A stretch of DNA of 64,000 nucleotides. It comes from Myxococcota bacterium. Lineage in GTDB: Bacteria; Myxococcota_A; UBA9160; UBA6930. The notes below the pieces were generated by a model. The model was not told the origin of the DNA, made no database searches, and saw only the letters and a list, made by a program, of their open reading frames with translations. The position numbers were made by a program, and so were the translations under genes. This document shows, piece by piece, positions 50,462 through 60,259 of the stretch (positions are counted from its first letter, which is position 1; every line of letters begins with the position of its first letter). The stretch spans positions 2,752,001 through 2,816,000 of the forward strand of contig OZ245002.1 in NCBI GenBank assembly GCA_965223415.1, read 5' to 3'.

Positions 50462-50914
50462 TCAGGGCAGCAGCACGAAGCCGGTGAAGAAGCTCGCCAC
50501 CGCACAGCCCACGGCGGCGAGCGCCAGGAGCGCGTGGGTGTCCACGTTCCGGCTGCGGCCCGTCTCGAGCCGGCGGCCGAGGACGCCGGTCGTGACGAAG
50601 AGCAGCAGCGAGGCGGTGCTCACGAAGCCGTGGGCCGTCGTGAAGACGCCCCAGCCCCGCAGCCACCAGGCCGAGGCGAGGCCCGCCGCGTAGCCGACCG
50701 CGATCATCACCAGCGCCGGCTTCGCCCGGCGCAGGTGTCGCCGCAGCTCGCCACGCGGCCGGCGCGTACCGAGCCGCCTGGCGCTGCGCAGTCGGAGACC
50801 CGTGCGCAGCGCCAGGCCCGCCCAGAGGATCGAGACGATCATCCAGAGCGGATGGACGTGGGCGAGCCAGAAGAAGAGCGGCTCCTGGCCCGTCGGGTCG
50901 GGCGCGCCGTCCAG
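50462..50914 (-). CDS. Membrane protein, DUF4079-like
   Basis: Four TM segments each with His (HPL, RRH, TAHG, DTH); start uncertain (CTG 50914 or ATG 50842). Confidence 0.6.
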   Translation of the reverse strand: MDGAPDPTGQEPLFFWLAHVHPLWMIVSILWAGLALRTGLRLRSARRLGTRRPRGELRRHLRRAKPALVMIAVGYAAGLASAWWLRGWGVFTTAHGFVSTASLLLFVTTGVLGRRLETGRSRNVDTHALLALAAVGCAVASFFTGFVLLP

Positions 50915-51640
50915 CTATTCGACCTTGTGGACGGCGTCGCTCGGCAGCCTTCCGAGCAGCGCGTCGAGGGCTTGCTGGAGGTACCCCGCGTCCCTGGACT
51001 CGAGGGTCAGCAGCACGTGGAAGGCCTCTTCGCCGATCTTGGGGTAGGAGCCGAGCATCAGCTGGGGGAACTCGGAGAGCAGCTCGTGCAGAGCCTCGGC
51101 GATGTCGCTCTCGCGCCGGCGGACGTAGACCCGCTTCAAGAGGAAGGGAACGCCGCGGAAGCGATCGCGGATCGACTCGAACTTCTTGTAGAGCAGCTCG
51201 GGGATGCCGGGGAAGACGTGGACGTTCTCCACGACGACGACGGGAAACCAGAGATCACCGGCGTCGATCAGCTGGGCACCGTGAGGGATCATCGCCATCT
51301 TCACCTGGCTCTCGTTGACGGGCTTGTTCTGCGCCCGCTCCATGCGGCCGATGATCGACTCGTTCCGTTCGACCTCGATGCCGAAGGCGGCCGCCACACC
51401 GTCCATGGTGAGATCGTCGTGGGTGGGGCCGATACCGCCGGAGGTGAAGACGAAGTCGTAGGCGTCGCTCATGGCCCGGACCTCCCGGGCGATCAGGTCG
51501 ATCTCGTCGGGGATGGTCAGGATCCGCTCGACGTCGACCCCGAGCTCCCGCAGCTCCCGACACAGGTAGGGCGAGTTCGTGTCGGTGACCTTTCCGGAGA
51601 GGATCTCGTTGCCGATGATCAGGATACCGGCGGTCGGCAT
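50915..51640 (-). CDS. CinA N-terminal-like / molybdopterin-binding-domain protein
   Basis: IGNEILSG..DTN, SGGIGPTHDDLT, FPGIP. Confidence 0.9.
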   Translation of the reverse strand: MPTAGILIIGNEILSGKVTDTNSPYLCRELRELGVDVERILTIPDEIDLIAREVRAMSDAYDFVFTSGGIGPTHDDLTMDGVAAAFGIEVERNESIIGRMERAQNKPVNESQVKMAMIPHGAQLIDAGDLWFPVVVVENVHVFPGIPELLYKKFESIRDRFRGVPFLLKRVYVRRRESDIAEALHELLSEFPQLMLGSYPKIGEEAFHVLLTLESRDAGYLQQALDALLGRLPSDAVHKVE

Positions 51641-51682
51641 GGGGGCAGGTTATCCGATCGGCCCGGCAGCTGCCGCGCGGGT

Positions 51683-52003
51683 ATGCTCGCCGGCGTGGAG
51701 CACGAGGTGCGACTGCGGCGCCGCCGCGAGGGACGGCGGGAGATCGTTCGGGTGTCGCTGGTCGAAGGGCGCACGCTGATGGAAGCGGCCCGCGCCGCGG
51801 GCCTGCCGATCGCGAGCGCGTGCGGCGGCGGCAGCCTGTGCGCCCGCTGCGGCGTGGAGATCCTGGCAGGAGCCGGACATCTCACGCCGGAACCGGCCTC
51901 GGAAGCAGAGGCGAAGCGCCGCAACCGCATCGAGCCCCGGCTGCGCCTGGCCTGCGTGGCCCGGGTCGCGGGGCCGGTCGAGGTGACGGCCGCCTACTGG
52001 TAG
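51683..52003 (+). CDS. 2Fe-2S ferredoxin
   Basis: CGGGSLCARC ... RLAC. Confidence 0.88.
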   Translation: MLAGVEHEVRLRRRREGRREIVRVSLVEGRTLMEAARAAGLPIASACGGGSLCARCGVEILAGAGHLTPEPASEAEAKRRNRIEPRLRLACVARVAGPVEVTAAYW

Positions 52004-52015
52004 GCGGAGGCGTCC

Positions 52016-52372
52016 ATGCGCGGCATCGTCCTCATCGACCACGGCAGCCGCGAGCCCGCGGCGAACGCGCAGCTCGACACGTTGGCCGAGCAGGTGGCGG
52101 CACGCCTGCCGGACTGTGCCGTGCGCGCCGCGCACATGGAGCTCGCCGCGCCGAGCCTCGACGAGGCCGTCGACACCCTCGTCGCCGAAGGCGCCACCGA
52201 GATCACCCTCCACCCCTTCTTCGTCGCCCCGGGCCGCCACGTCCGCGAAGACATCCCCCGCCTCGCCGCCGACGCCCGCGCCCGCCACCCCACCGTCCCC
52301 ATCCACATCACCGCCCCCCTCGGCCTCCACCCCGCCATCCTCGAAGCCGTCCTCTCCCGCCTGTCGCAGTAG
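52016..52372 (+). CDS. CbiX/SirB short chelatase-like protein
   Basis: DHGSR, AHMELAAPS, PFFVAPGRHVREDIP, PLG. Confidence 0.9.
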   Translation: MRGIVLIDHGSREPAANAQLDTLAEQVAARLPDCAVRAAHMELAAPSLDEAVDTLVAEGATEITLHPFFVAPGRHVREDIPRLAADARARHPTVPIHITAPLGLHPAILEAVLSRLSQ

Positions 52373-52385
52373 CTGTTGCTCTTTG

Positions 52386-52411
52386 GGGGGCGGTTCCGTT
52401 TGTTGCGTTGT
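52386..52411. repeat. Short dispersed intergenic repeat, copy 2
   Basis: Reverse complement 22/26 identical to 30304-30329. Confidence 0.6.
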
Positions 52412-53218
52412 TCAGACGTAGAGGCTGAGGTCGCTGGCGAAGGGGATCAGGCGGAGGCGATGGGCGAGGGCGCGGGAGGGGCGGTTGTCCCAGGAGGTGC
52501 TGTAGAGGGGAATCCCTCCCCGGCGGCGGACCTCGTGGGCCCAGGCGGCGACGAGCTCGGCGCCGAGGCCGTGGCGCCGGTGGGAGGGGGCGGTCTCGAC
52601 ACCGGCCTCGACGGCCCCACTCGCGCAGGGCGACGTGGCTGCATGACAGGACGCCACGACCCGGCCGCCGTCCAGGACGACCGCGTGGGGCGCACGGTCG
52701 TCCCGCCAGTGGACGTCGCTGCGAGGCGCGTCGAGCTCTTCGGGAAAGCGGAACGCGATACCGCGCCAGACACGGCGAATCGGCCCCCACGCTTCCAGTC
52801 GCTCGCACATCGCCGGCAGGCGCTCCGGGTCGGCATCGAGATCGGCGCTGGTCCGCTCCGCTCCGGCGAGCCGCGAGAGCTCTCGCACCAGCGCGTCGGG
52901 AAGATCGTCCCGCAGGCGCCACAGGTTGCCGTGACGCGTGCGACCGAAGAAGAAGGCGGGGGCCCGCGGGTCGTCGTCGGGCCCGCCGTTCCACGCGGTG
53001 ATCCGCCCCTGCGGATCGTGGCGGAACAGGGTGCGGATCTGGAGGTCGAGCCACCCCAGGTCGGTCGCGAGGGGGTGCGCCTCAGCCGCCGTGGCGCCGC
53101 TCGTGGACGATCCAGTTGGCGTTGGCGCCGAGGCAGCCGCTGGCGGTGAACACGGCGACGCAGAACGCCAGGAGTCCGTAGAAGGAGCCGGTCTGCAGGA
53201 GATCCGGGAACTGAGCAC
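52412..53218 (-). CDS. GNAT-family acetyltransferase
   Basis: GVETAPSHRRHGLG acetyl-CoA motif, YSTSWDNRPSRALA; true start probably near 53060-53090. Confidence 0.75.
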   Translation of the reverse strand: MLSSRISCRPAPSTDSWRSASPCSPPAAASAPTPTGSSTSGATAAEAHPLATDLGWLDLQIRTLFRHDPQGRITAWNGGPDDDPRAPAFFFGRTRHGNLWRLRDDLPDALVRELSRLAGAERTSADLDADPERLPAMCERLEAWGPIRRVWRGIAFRFPEELDAPRSDVHWRDDRAPHAVVLDGGRVVASCHAATSPCASGAVEAGVETAPSHRRHGLGAELVAAWAHEVRRRGGIPLYSTSWDNRPSRALAHRLRLIPFASDLSLYV

Positions 53219-53354
53219 CGCGGAACACGTCGACGGCGATGGCGGTAATGACGCCCAGCGGAAGCCCGCGGCCGAGGAGGCCGTAGCGCAGCAGGAAGGG
53301 GGCCCTCCCCTCCTCGCGGACCTTCGCCCACTCCTCGGCGCTGAACGACTTCAC
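53082..53354 (-). CDS. Small hypothetical membrane protein
   Basis: Two hydrophobic segments; WAKVREEG..FLLRYG. Confidence 0.5.
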   Translation of the reverse strand: MKSFSAEEWAKVREEGRAPFLLRYGLLGRGLPLGVITAIAVDVFRGAQFPDLLQTGSFYGLLAFCVAVFTASGCLGANANWIVHERRHGG

Positions 53355-53399
53355 GCCGCCCAGGATGGCGCGGCCGCCGCCCGGTGTCATCCTGGCTCG

Positions 53400-54599
53400 G
53401 TGCCCCGGGTCGCCACCTTCTGGTTCCTCTACATGTCGGGCCTGGGGCTGATCTTCCCGTTCCAGGCGCTCTACTTCCGCGAGAACGCCGGCCTCACCGG
53501 CGCCCAGCTCGGCATGGTGCTCGCCATGCGGCCGCTGATGGGCATGCTGTGCCAGCCGCTCTGGGCCCAGCTCGCCGATCGCAGTGGCTCGCGCCGCGGT
53601 GTGCTGGTCGCCATCACCCTCGGCAATGCCATCGCCTACGCCATGCTCCCGCAGGCGGGCTCCTTCCCCGCGCTGCTCCTGGCCATGGCGGCCCTCTCGC
53701 TGTTCGGCACCTCGGTCATGCCGATCGGCAACGCGGTCAGCCTCGCGGCCATCGGCGAGCGCGCCGCCGAGCGCTTCGGGCGCGCCCGGGCCTGCGGCAC
53801 GTTCGGCTTCCTGCTCCTGGTGATCGCCTTCCCCTTCGTGCTGGACCGCTGGCAGCAGCACCGCGGGCTCGTGGCCACGCCGGGCGGTCCTTCGGAGCCC
53901 GGCCTCGAGATCATGTTCTTCGGCGCCGCAGCCCTTACCCTCACCTCGACCCTGGCGGCCCGGCGCCTGCCCCAGACCCGCGCCATGGGAGTCCGCGCCC
54001 GGCGCGGCGACCTGCGCGCGCTGCTCTCCCACGGCCCCTACCTCCGACTCCTCCTCTTCACCTTCCTCGCCTTCCTCGCCCTCCAGGGCCCGATCCTGAT
54101 GTTCCCGGTCTTCGTCCGGGCCCACGGCGGCGACATCGACACCCTCTCGCAGATGTGGATCGCCATGCTGGTCGTAGAGATCCCGCTGGTCTGGGCCTCG
54201 GGCAACATCCTGCGCCGGTTCGGGCCCCGGGCCCTGGTGGCGACGGGTGTGGCCGCGGACGGCCTGCGCTGGCTCCTGTGCTCCACGACCGGCGACCTGC
54301 GCTGGATCTTCGCCCTACAGCTGCTCCACGGCGTGGTCGTCGCCGGGCTCACGATCGGGTCGGCGCTCTACGCCGAGACCGTCGTCCCCGAGCGCCTGCG
54401 GGCCACGGCCCAGGGGGTGCTGGCCATGCTGGGCTACAGCCTGGCCGGGATCCTGGCCAGTGTGGCCTTCGGCGCCGCCATCGACACCTTCGGCCCGGAC
54501 CTGCCCTACCGGGTGAGCGGGCTCCTCGCCCTGGCGCTGGCGGCCTCCGTGCCGTGGCTCCTCCGGGAAGGCGAACGCGTTCGCGAAGCAGGAGATTGA
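53400..54599 (+). CDS. MFS transporter (HcaT/nucleoside-symporter-like)
   Basis: About 12 TM; WAQLADRSG, FGRARACGTFGF, VEIP, QLLHG, RATAQG. Confidence 0.88.
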   Translation: MPRVATFWFLYMSGLGLIFPFQALYFRENAGLTGAQLGMVLAMRPLMGMLCQPLWAQLADRSGSRRGVLVAITLGNAIAYAMLPQAGSFPALLLAMAALSLFGTSVMPIGNAVSLAAIGERAAERFGRARACGTFGFLLLVIAFPFVLDRWQQHRGLVATPGGPSEPGLEIMFFGAAALTLTSTLAARRLPQTRAMGVRARRGDLRALLSHGPYLRLLLFTFLAFLALQGPILMFPVFVRAHGGDIDTLSQMWIAMLVVEIPLVWASGNILRRFGPRALVATGVAADGLRWLLCSTTGDLRWIFALQLLHGVVVAGLTIGSALYAETVVPERLRATAQGVLAMLGYSLAGILASVAFGAAIDTFGPDLPYRVSGLLALALAASVPWLLREGERVREAGD

Positions 54600-54610
54600 C
54601 CGGGAGTCAG

Positions 54611-54646
54611 CGAATTTGACGAATTGGGTGTAATTCGTACAATTCG
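54611..54646 (+). promoter_or_regulatory. Sigma70-type promoter overlapped by putative TetR operator
   Basis: TTGACG (54616-54621)-16 nt-TACAAT (54638-54643); 15-bp inverted repeat (13/15) spanning it. Confidence 0.75.
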
Positions 54647-54649
54647 TGC

Positions 54650-55342
54650 ATGACGCAGCCCGTCACCCAGACAGCCAGCGCAAGGGCAGAGGACAGGGCA
54701 GAAGAAGCCGCCGCGCCGCGGCCCGGCCGCGCGGCGCGCACCCGCCAACGGATCCTCGAGGCCGCCGGCCTGTGCTTCAGCACCGGCGGCTACGCCAAGA
54801 CCACGGTCGAGGCCATCGCCGCCCGCGCGGGCGTGTCGAAGGGCATCGTCTACCACCACTTCCGGGGCAAGGAGGAGATCCTCGAGCGCGTCCTCGAGGC
54901 GACCCTCACCGAGTGGACGAACGTGTCCCGCCTCGACGAGGTGCTGGCCCGGGGCGGCGCCGTGCTCGGCGCCATCGCCGAGGTCCACCGCAAGTCGATG
55001 GCCTTCGCCCGCGAGAACCCGATGGCCCGCTCGCTGCTCCAGGTGGATCACGAGGTCCTGCTGACCGTCGCAGGCAGCCGCCAGGTGCGCGAGTCGATCG
55101 AGCGACACCGCCGCAACCTGGTGGGAGCGCTGCGCCACGGCATCGCCAACGGCGAGCTGCGCCCGGAGATCGATCCCGAGCGCGCGGCCGACATCCTGCA
55201 CGTCCATTCCATGGGGCTGATCGACCAGCTCCTCGACCCGGAAGGGCTCGAGGTGACGGAAGAGCTGGTCGACTGCGGCCTCGACATCCTGTTTCACGGC
55301 ATGGCAGCGCGCCCCCGCCAGGCCGACGGAGCCGAACGATGA
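54650..55342 (+). CDS. TetR/AcrR family regulator
   Basis: ILEAA..F..GY..TTVEAIAARAGVSKGIVYHHFRGKEEI. Confidence 0.95.
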   Translation: MTQPVTQTASARAEDRAEEAAAPRPGRAARTRQRILEAAGLCFSTGGYAKTTVEAIAARAGVSKGIVYHHFRGKEEILERVLEATLTEWTNVSRLDEVLARGGAVLGAIAEVHRKSMAFARENPMARSLLQVDHEVLLTVAGSRQVRESIERHRRNLVGALRHGIANGELRPEIDPERAADILHVHSMGLIDQLLDPEGLEVTEELVDCGLDILFHGMAARPRQADGAER

Positions 55343-56433
55343 ACATGCTGAAGTGGAATCCCATCCTTGCGGCGCTGGGGCTTGCCCTCGCGGCGGCGGC
55401 GCCGGCCGGCGCCGAGGACGGCGAGAAGCGGCGCATCGCCCTCGAGCGGGTGCGGAGCGAGCGGCTGCACGCCTCGATCGCGGCCTCGGGCTCGATCGAG
55501 GCGAGGCGGATCACGGAGGTCGGCTCCGAGGTGAGCGGACGCATCACCCGCGTGTTCGTCGACGTGGGCGAAGTTGTGGAAGAGGGCGACGCGCTCTTCC
55601 AGATCGATCCGGAGCCCTACGAGATGGCGCTCGCGGAGGCCCGGGCGGGCCTGGCCCTGGCACGGGCCGAGAGCGAGAACGCCGCCGCCGAGGCGGAGCG
55701 CATCGCCAAGCTGGTCGAGCTCTCCGCCGCCTCCAAGCAGCGCTTCGACAAGATCGTCACCCAGGCCGAGGTGGCGCGGGCCCGCGTGCGCCAGGGCAGG
55801 GCGGGGCTGGATCGGGCGAAGCGCAACCTCGACCGCACCCTCGTCGTGGCGCCCTACGCGGCCAGCGTCGTGGAGCGGCGCGCCCACGAGGGCAGCATGT
55901 CGAGCGGCGCTCCCATCCTCGTGCTCCAGGAGCGCGGCGCCCTCGAGTTCATCATCGACGTGCCGGAGGCGGCGGCCGCACCGGTGCGCCCGGGCGATGC
56001 GGTCAAGCTCTACCTGGAGGGGCTGCCGGATCCCCTCGAGAGCCAGGTGGACCGGGTGAGCGCACGGGTCGACCCGCAGACGCGCACCTATCAGGTACGC
56101 GGCACCGCCCTCGATCCGTCCGGCGTGGTGAAGGCTGGCTCCTACGTGCGGGCCGAGCTCCAGGCGCGAAGGCCGGAGGCCCGGCCCGTCGCGCATCGGT
56201 CGTCGGTCCTCACCCGCGACGGGCGCACCTTCGTCATGCGCATCGACGGCGGAGTCGTGCGCCAGACTCCGGTGCGTGTCGGAATCCGGGCAGGCGGGGA
56301 CGTCGAGCTGCTCCAGGGCGTCACCGCCGGCGATCTGGTCGTCAGCGGAAGCGACGCAACGCGCATCGCGGAGGGCACGCGCATCCGCCTGCGTGAGCCG
56401 GTGCAGGCCGCCCGGAGCGGAGACGCGCCGTGA
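55339..56433 (+). CDS. RND efflux periplasmic adaptor subunit
   Basis: SGRITRVFVDVGE, helical hairpin, AP, VDPQTRT, GV..GD. Confidence 0.92.
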   Translation: MNMLKWNPILAALGLALAAAAPAGAEDGEKRRIALERVRSERLHASIAASGSIEARRITEVGSEVSGRITRVFVDVGEVVEEGDALFQIDPEPYEMALAEARAGLALARAESENAAAEAERIAKLVELSAASKQRFDKIVTQAEVARARVRQGRAGLDRAKRNLDRTLVVAPYAASVVERRAHEGSMSSGAPILVLQERGALEFIIDVPEAAAAPVRPGDAVKLYLEGLPDPLESQVDRVSARVDPQTRTYQVRGTALDPSGVVKAGSYVRAELQARRPEARPVAHRSSVLTRDGRTFVMRIDGGVVRQTPVRVGIRAGGDVELLQGVTAGDLVVSGSDATRIAEGTRIRLREPVQAARSGDAP

Positions 56434-59400
56434 CCCTCTCGGACGTCTCGGTCCGCCGCCCGGTCTTCGCCGCCATGCTCATCCTGGGCCTGGTCGTGAT
56501 CGGCCTGATCTCCATGTCGCGGCTCGAGATGAAGCTCGAGCCCGACATCGACTTCCCCTTCCTCCAGGTGATGACGGAGCTGCGCGGCGCCTCGCCCGAG
56601 ACCGTGGAGCGCGAGGTCACCGACATCATCGAGGAGGCGATCAACTCGATCGAGGGCATCGAGGAGATGGGCTCCACCTCCTCCCAGGGCCTGTCGCGGG
56701 TGTCGGTGCAGTTCGAGCTGGGCTCCGACGTCGACGTGAAGGCCCAGGAGGTGCGGGACAAGGTGGCGCTCGCCCGTGCCAAGCTCCCCCTCGACGTCGA
56801 GGACCCGCTCGTCCAGAAGTGGGACCTGGACGCGATGTCCTTCATGACGATCGTCCTGGGCGGCACCGTCGACATCCGCGAGATCTCGGACATCGCCGAG
56901 CACGAGGTGAAGGAGCGACTGGAGCGCATCGGCGGCGTCGGCTCCGTCGGCATCCAGGGCGCCCGCGAGCGCGAGGTGCGGATCTGGCTCGATCCCCTGC
57001 GGCTCACCGGCTACGGACTCTCGATCGAGGACGTGGCGGACACCCTGCGGCGCGAGAACGCCGAGCTCGCCAGCGGCCGGATCGAGGGCGCGAGCCAGGA
57101 GTGGTCGGTCACCACCCAGGGCAAGGCGCGCAGCATCGAGGAGTTCGGCGAGATCATCGTGGCGGAACGCGCCGGGCGCCTCGTGCACCTGCGCGACGTG
57201 GCAGTGGTCGAAGACGGCATGGCCGAGGCCAAGAGCGTGGCCAAGCTGAACGGCAACCCGGGCGTCGCCATCGAGATCCAGCAGCAGAGCGGCTCGGACC
57301 TGGTCGCCGCCGCCCGCGAGATCCGCAAGGAGATCGAGCTCCTCTCGGGGGAGCTCCCCGCCGGCGTCGAGCTCAAGATCGCGCGGGACTACGCGAAGAT
57401 CGTCGAGGACCAGGTCTACTCCGTGCTCTTCGACATGGTGCTGGCCGCGGCTCTCGTCGTGGTGGTGGTGCTGCTCTTCCTGCGGAACTTCCGCTCCACC
57501 TTCATCTCGGCGCTGGCGATTCCAGCCAGCCTCATCGCGACCTTCACGTTCTTCCTGCTGGCCGGCCTCTCCCTCAACAACATGACCCTGATGGCGCTCT
57601 CGCTGTCCATCGGCCTCGTGATCGACGACGCGATCGTCGTGCTCGAGAGCATCTTCCGGAAGGTCGAAGAAGGCGAGCGGCCCTACGACGCCGCCCTCCA
57701 GGGCTCGCGGGAGGTCGTGCTCGCGGTGGTGTCGACCACCCTGGCGGTGTGCGGCGTCTTCGTGCCCATCTTCTTCATGACCAGCACGATGGGCCGCTAC
57801 TTCTTCGAGTTCGGCGTCACCGTGATCGTCGCCGTTTCGGTCTCCACCGTCGTGGCGTTCACCCTCACCCCGAGCCTCGCGAGCCGCACACTCAGCCGCA
57901 CCACGACGAAGGAAGGCGCCGTATTCCGCTTCCTGGAGACGGGCCTCCGTGGCATGGAGACGGGCTACCGACGCCTGCTCGGGTGGTCGCTCGGCCACCA
58001 GACGCTGATCGTCATCTTCACCTGCCTGGTCGTCGGTGGCGGCTGCGCCGTGATGACCACCGTGCCCTTCAACTACTTCACCCGCGACGACATGGGCGAG
58101 GCCTACGTCCGCATCAAGCTGCCGATCGGCACGCCCCTGCCCGCGACGGAGCGGATCGTCCGGCGCATGGACCAGGCGATCCGCACCCATCCCGAGGTGC
58201 GCGACACGCTGGCCATCTCCGGGGACATCCACAAGCACGAGCCCCACAAGGCCGGCATCCACATCTACCTCTCGAAGAAGCAGGAGCGCGAGACGTCGCT
58301 CGAAGAGCTCTTCGGGGAGCTCCGGGCACTGGCCGCCGAAGCGGCGCCGCGAGTCGAACAGATGAGCGTCGGCTACCCGAACATGATGAGCGGCGGCGAG
58401 TACTCGGAGATCCAGTACGCCATCCAGGGCCCGAACCTCGAGAAGCTGCAGCAGTTCACGGGCGATCTGCTGGAGCGGCTGAAGGGCGACCCGCGCTTCG
58501 TCGACGTGCGCAGCTCCTTCGAGACCGGAAAGCCGCAGATCACCCTCGACGTCGACCGGGGCCGCGCCGCGGACCTCGGCGTGTCTTCCGTGCAGCTCGG
58601 CCGGACGCTCCGGACCCTCCTCGCCGGTGAGAAGGTCGGCTCCTTCGAGGACCGGGGAAACCGCTACGACGTGCGCGTGCAGGTACTCCCGGAGTATCGG
58701 GACGACCCGTCCAAGCTCGACCTGATCCGCGTACGCTCCCTGCGTGGCGAGCTCGTGCCGTTGGCCGGCGCCGCCGACGTGAGCATGGGCGACGGACCCG
58801 TCGAGGTGCTGCGCAGCGCGCGGACCCGCATGATCGAGGTGCGGGCCAACACCGCCGGAGACACCTCGCTCGGCGAGGCCATGGCCGTGGTCGAGGGCTG
58901 GGCGCGGGATCTGGGCATCGAGCGCCCCTACAGGCTGAAGCGCGACGGCCAGGCCGACTCGATGGCCGATGCCATGATCGACGTCGCCTTCGCTCTGGGC
59001 CTGGCGATGCTGGCGATCTACATGATCCTGGCCTCGCTCTTCAACTCCCTGAGCCAGCCGCTCGTGATCATGATGTCGGCGCCCCTCTCCTTCATCGGCG
59101 GCGTCCTGGCACTGAAGGTCGCCGGCCTCTCCTTCGACATCATGAGTGCCATGGGCCTGCTCGTGCTGATGGGCCTGGTGATGAAGAACGGCATCCTGCT
59201 CGTCGACTACACCAACCAGCTTCGCGAGCGGGGCGTGGAGAAACGCGAGGCGATCCTGCGGGCGGGCCCCGTGCGCATGCGCCCGGTGCTGATGACCTCG
59301 ATGGCCTTGATCTGCGGGCTCTTGCCGATGGCGCTCTCGAACGCGACGGGCTCGGAGTTTCGCGCGCCGATGGCGGTGATCGTGATCGGAGGCCTCGCCA

Positions 59401-59543
59401 CGTCGACCCTGCTCACCCTCGTGGTGGTGCCCGTCTTCTACAGCCTGGTCGACGGCGCCACGGTGCGCATGCGCGACTACGTGCGCCGCCTGCGCGGCCG
59501 GCCGGCCCGGGCCGCCGCCTCACCCGTCGCCGGCGGCCGGTAG
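56430..59543 (+). CDS. RND efflux permease (AcrB/MdtC-like)
   Basis: 1037 aa; IGLVIDDAIVVLE, KNGILLVD, RMRPVLMTS, IGGL. Confidence 0.97.
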   Translation: MTLSDVSVRRPVFAAMLILGLVVIGLISMSRLEMKLEPDIDFPFLQVMTELRGASPETVEREVTDIIEEAINSIEGIEEMGSTSSQGLSRVSVQFELGSDVDVKAQEVRDKVALARAKLPLDVEDPLVQKWDLDAMSFMTIVLGGTVDIREISDIAEHEVKERLERIGGVGSVGIQGAREREVRIWLDPLRLTGYGLSIEDVADTLRRENAELASGRIEGASQEWSVTTQGKARSIEEFGEIIVAERAGRLVHLRDVAVVEDGMAEAKSVAKLNGNPGVAIEIQQQSGSDLVAAAREIRKEIELLSGELPAGVELKIARDYAKIVEDQVYSVLFDMVLAAALVVVVVLLFLRNFRSTFISALAIPASLIATFTFFLLAGLSLNNMTLMALSLSIGLVIDDAIVVLESIFRKVEEGERPYDAALQGSREVVLAVVSTTLAVCGVFVPIFFMTSTMGRYFFEFGVTVIVAVSVSTVVAFTLTPSLASRTLSRTTTKEGAVFRFLETGLRGMETGYRRLLGWSLGHQTLIVIFTCLVVGGGCAVMTTVPFNYFTRDDMGEAYVRIKLPIGTPLPATERIVRRMDQAIRTHPEVRDTLAISGDIHKHEPHKAGIHIYLSKKQERETSLEELFGELRALAAEAAPRVEQMSVGYPNMMSGGEYSEIQYAIQGPNLEKLQQFTGDLLERLKGDPRFVDVRSSFETGKPQITLDVDRGRAADLGVSSVQLGRTLRTLLAGEKVGSFEDRGNRYDVRVQVLPEYRDDPSKLDLIRVRSLRGELVPLAGAADVSMGDGPVEVLRSARTRMIEVRANTAGDTSLGEAMAVVEGWARDLGIERPYRLKRDGQADSMADAMIDVAFALGLAMLAIYMILASLFNSLSQPLVIMMSAPLSFIGGVLALKVAGLSFDIMSAMGLLVLMGLVMKNGILLVDYTNQLRERGVEKREAILRAGPVRMRPVLMTSMALICGLLPMALSNATGSEFRAPMAVIVIGGLATSTLLTLVVVPVFYSLVDGATVRMRDYVRRLRGRPARAAASPVAGGR

Positions 59544-59545
59544 CC

Positions 59546-60250
59546 GTGGAGAAGCTCGCCTACGTCCTGTGGAAGCGCGGCGACGAGGCCGAAGGCGATT
59601 TCGCCAAGCGCCTGCTCGCCGAGACCGCGCCCGCCCTGCGCGACGCCGGCGCGCGCTTCCTGAAGCTCTCTGTCGTGGACGACGACGTCGCGCCCGGCGC
59701 AACCCTTCGCATCGGCCAGATGGATCCGCCCAAGGCCGGCCTCGCGACCTTCTGGCTCGACCAGGCCCAGGAGCGCACCTCGCTCGAGGGCCTGCTCGAA
59801 CGGGCCTGCGGCCGCGTGGCCGGATACCTGGTCGTCGAGTCGCGGCCCCTCGTGCCGGTCGCGGAGATCGCCTCCGAAGGCGAGCGCACGCCGGGCTTCC
59901 ACCTCGTCACCTGCATCACCCGCAAGCCGGAGCTCGACCACTCGGCCTTCATCGAATTCTGGCACCAGCGCTTTCGCGACGTCGCCATCGAGACCCAGAG
60001 CACCTTCGACTACGTCCGCAACGAGATCGTGCGCCCCCTCACGAAGCAGGCTCCCGCCTGGAGCGCCCTCGTCGAAGAGGGCTTCCCGCTGGGCGCGCTG
60101 ACCGACCCCCACGTCTTCTACGACTCCGGCGGCGACGAAACGAAGCTCCGGGCCAACCAGACGCGCATGGTCGAGCACGTGCAGCAGTTCCTCGACCTGA
60201 CGAAGATCGAGTCGCACCCTATGAGTGAATACGTCCTCGAGCGGATGTAG
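59546..60250 (+). CDS. EthD-domain protein
   Basis: RKPELDHSAFIEFW, YVRNEIVRPLT, VEEGFP. Confidence 0.7.
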   Translation: MEKLAYVLWKRGDEAEGDFAKRLLAETAPALRDAGARFLKLSVVDDDVAPGATLRIGQMDPPKAGLATFWLDQAQERTSLEGLLERACGRVAGYLVVESRPLVPVAEIASEGERTPGFHLVTCITRKPELDHSAFIEFWHQRFRDVAIETQSTFDYVRNEIVRPLTKQAPAWSALVEEGFPLGALTDPHVFYDSGGDETKLRANQTRMVEHVQQFLDLTKIESHPMSEYVLERM

Positions 60251-60259
60251 GCTCCGGGC

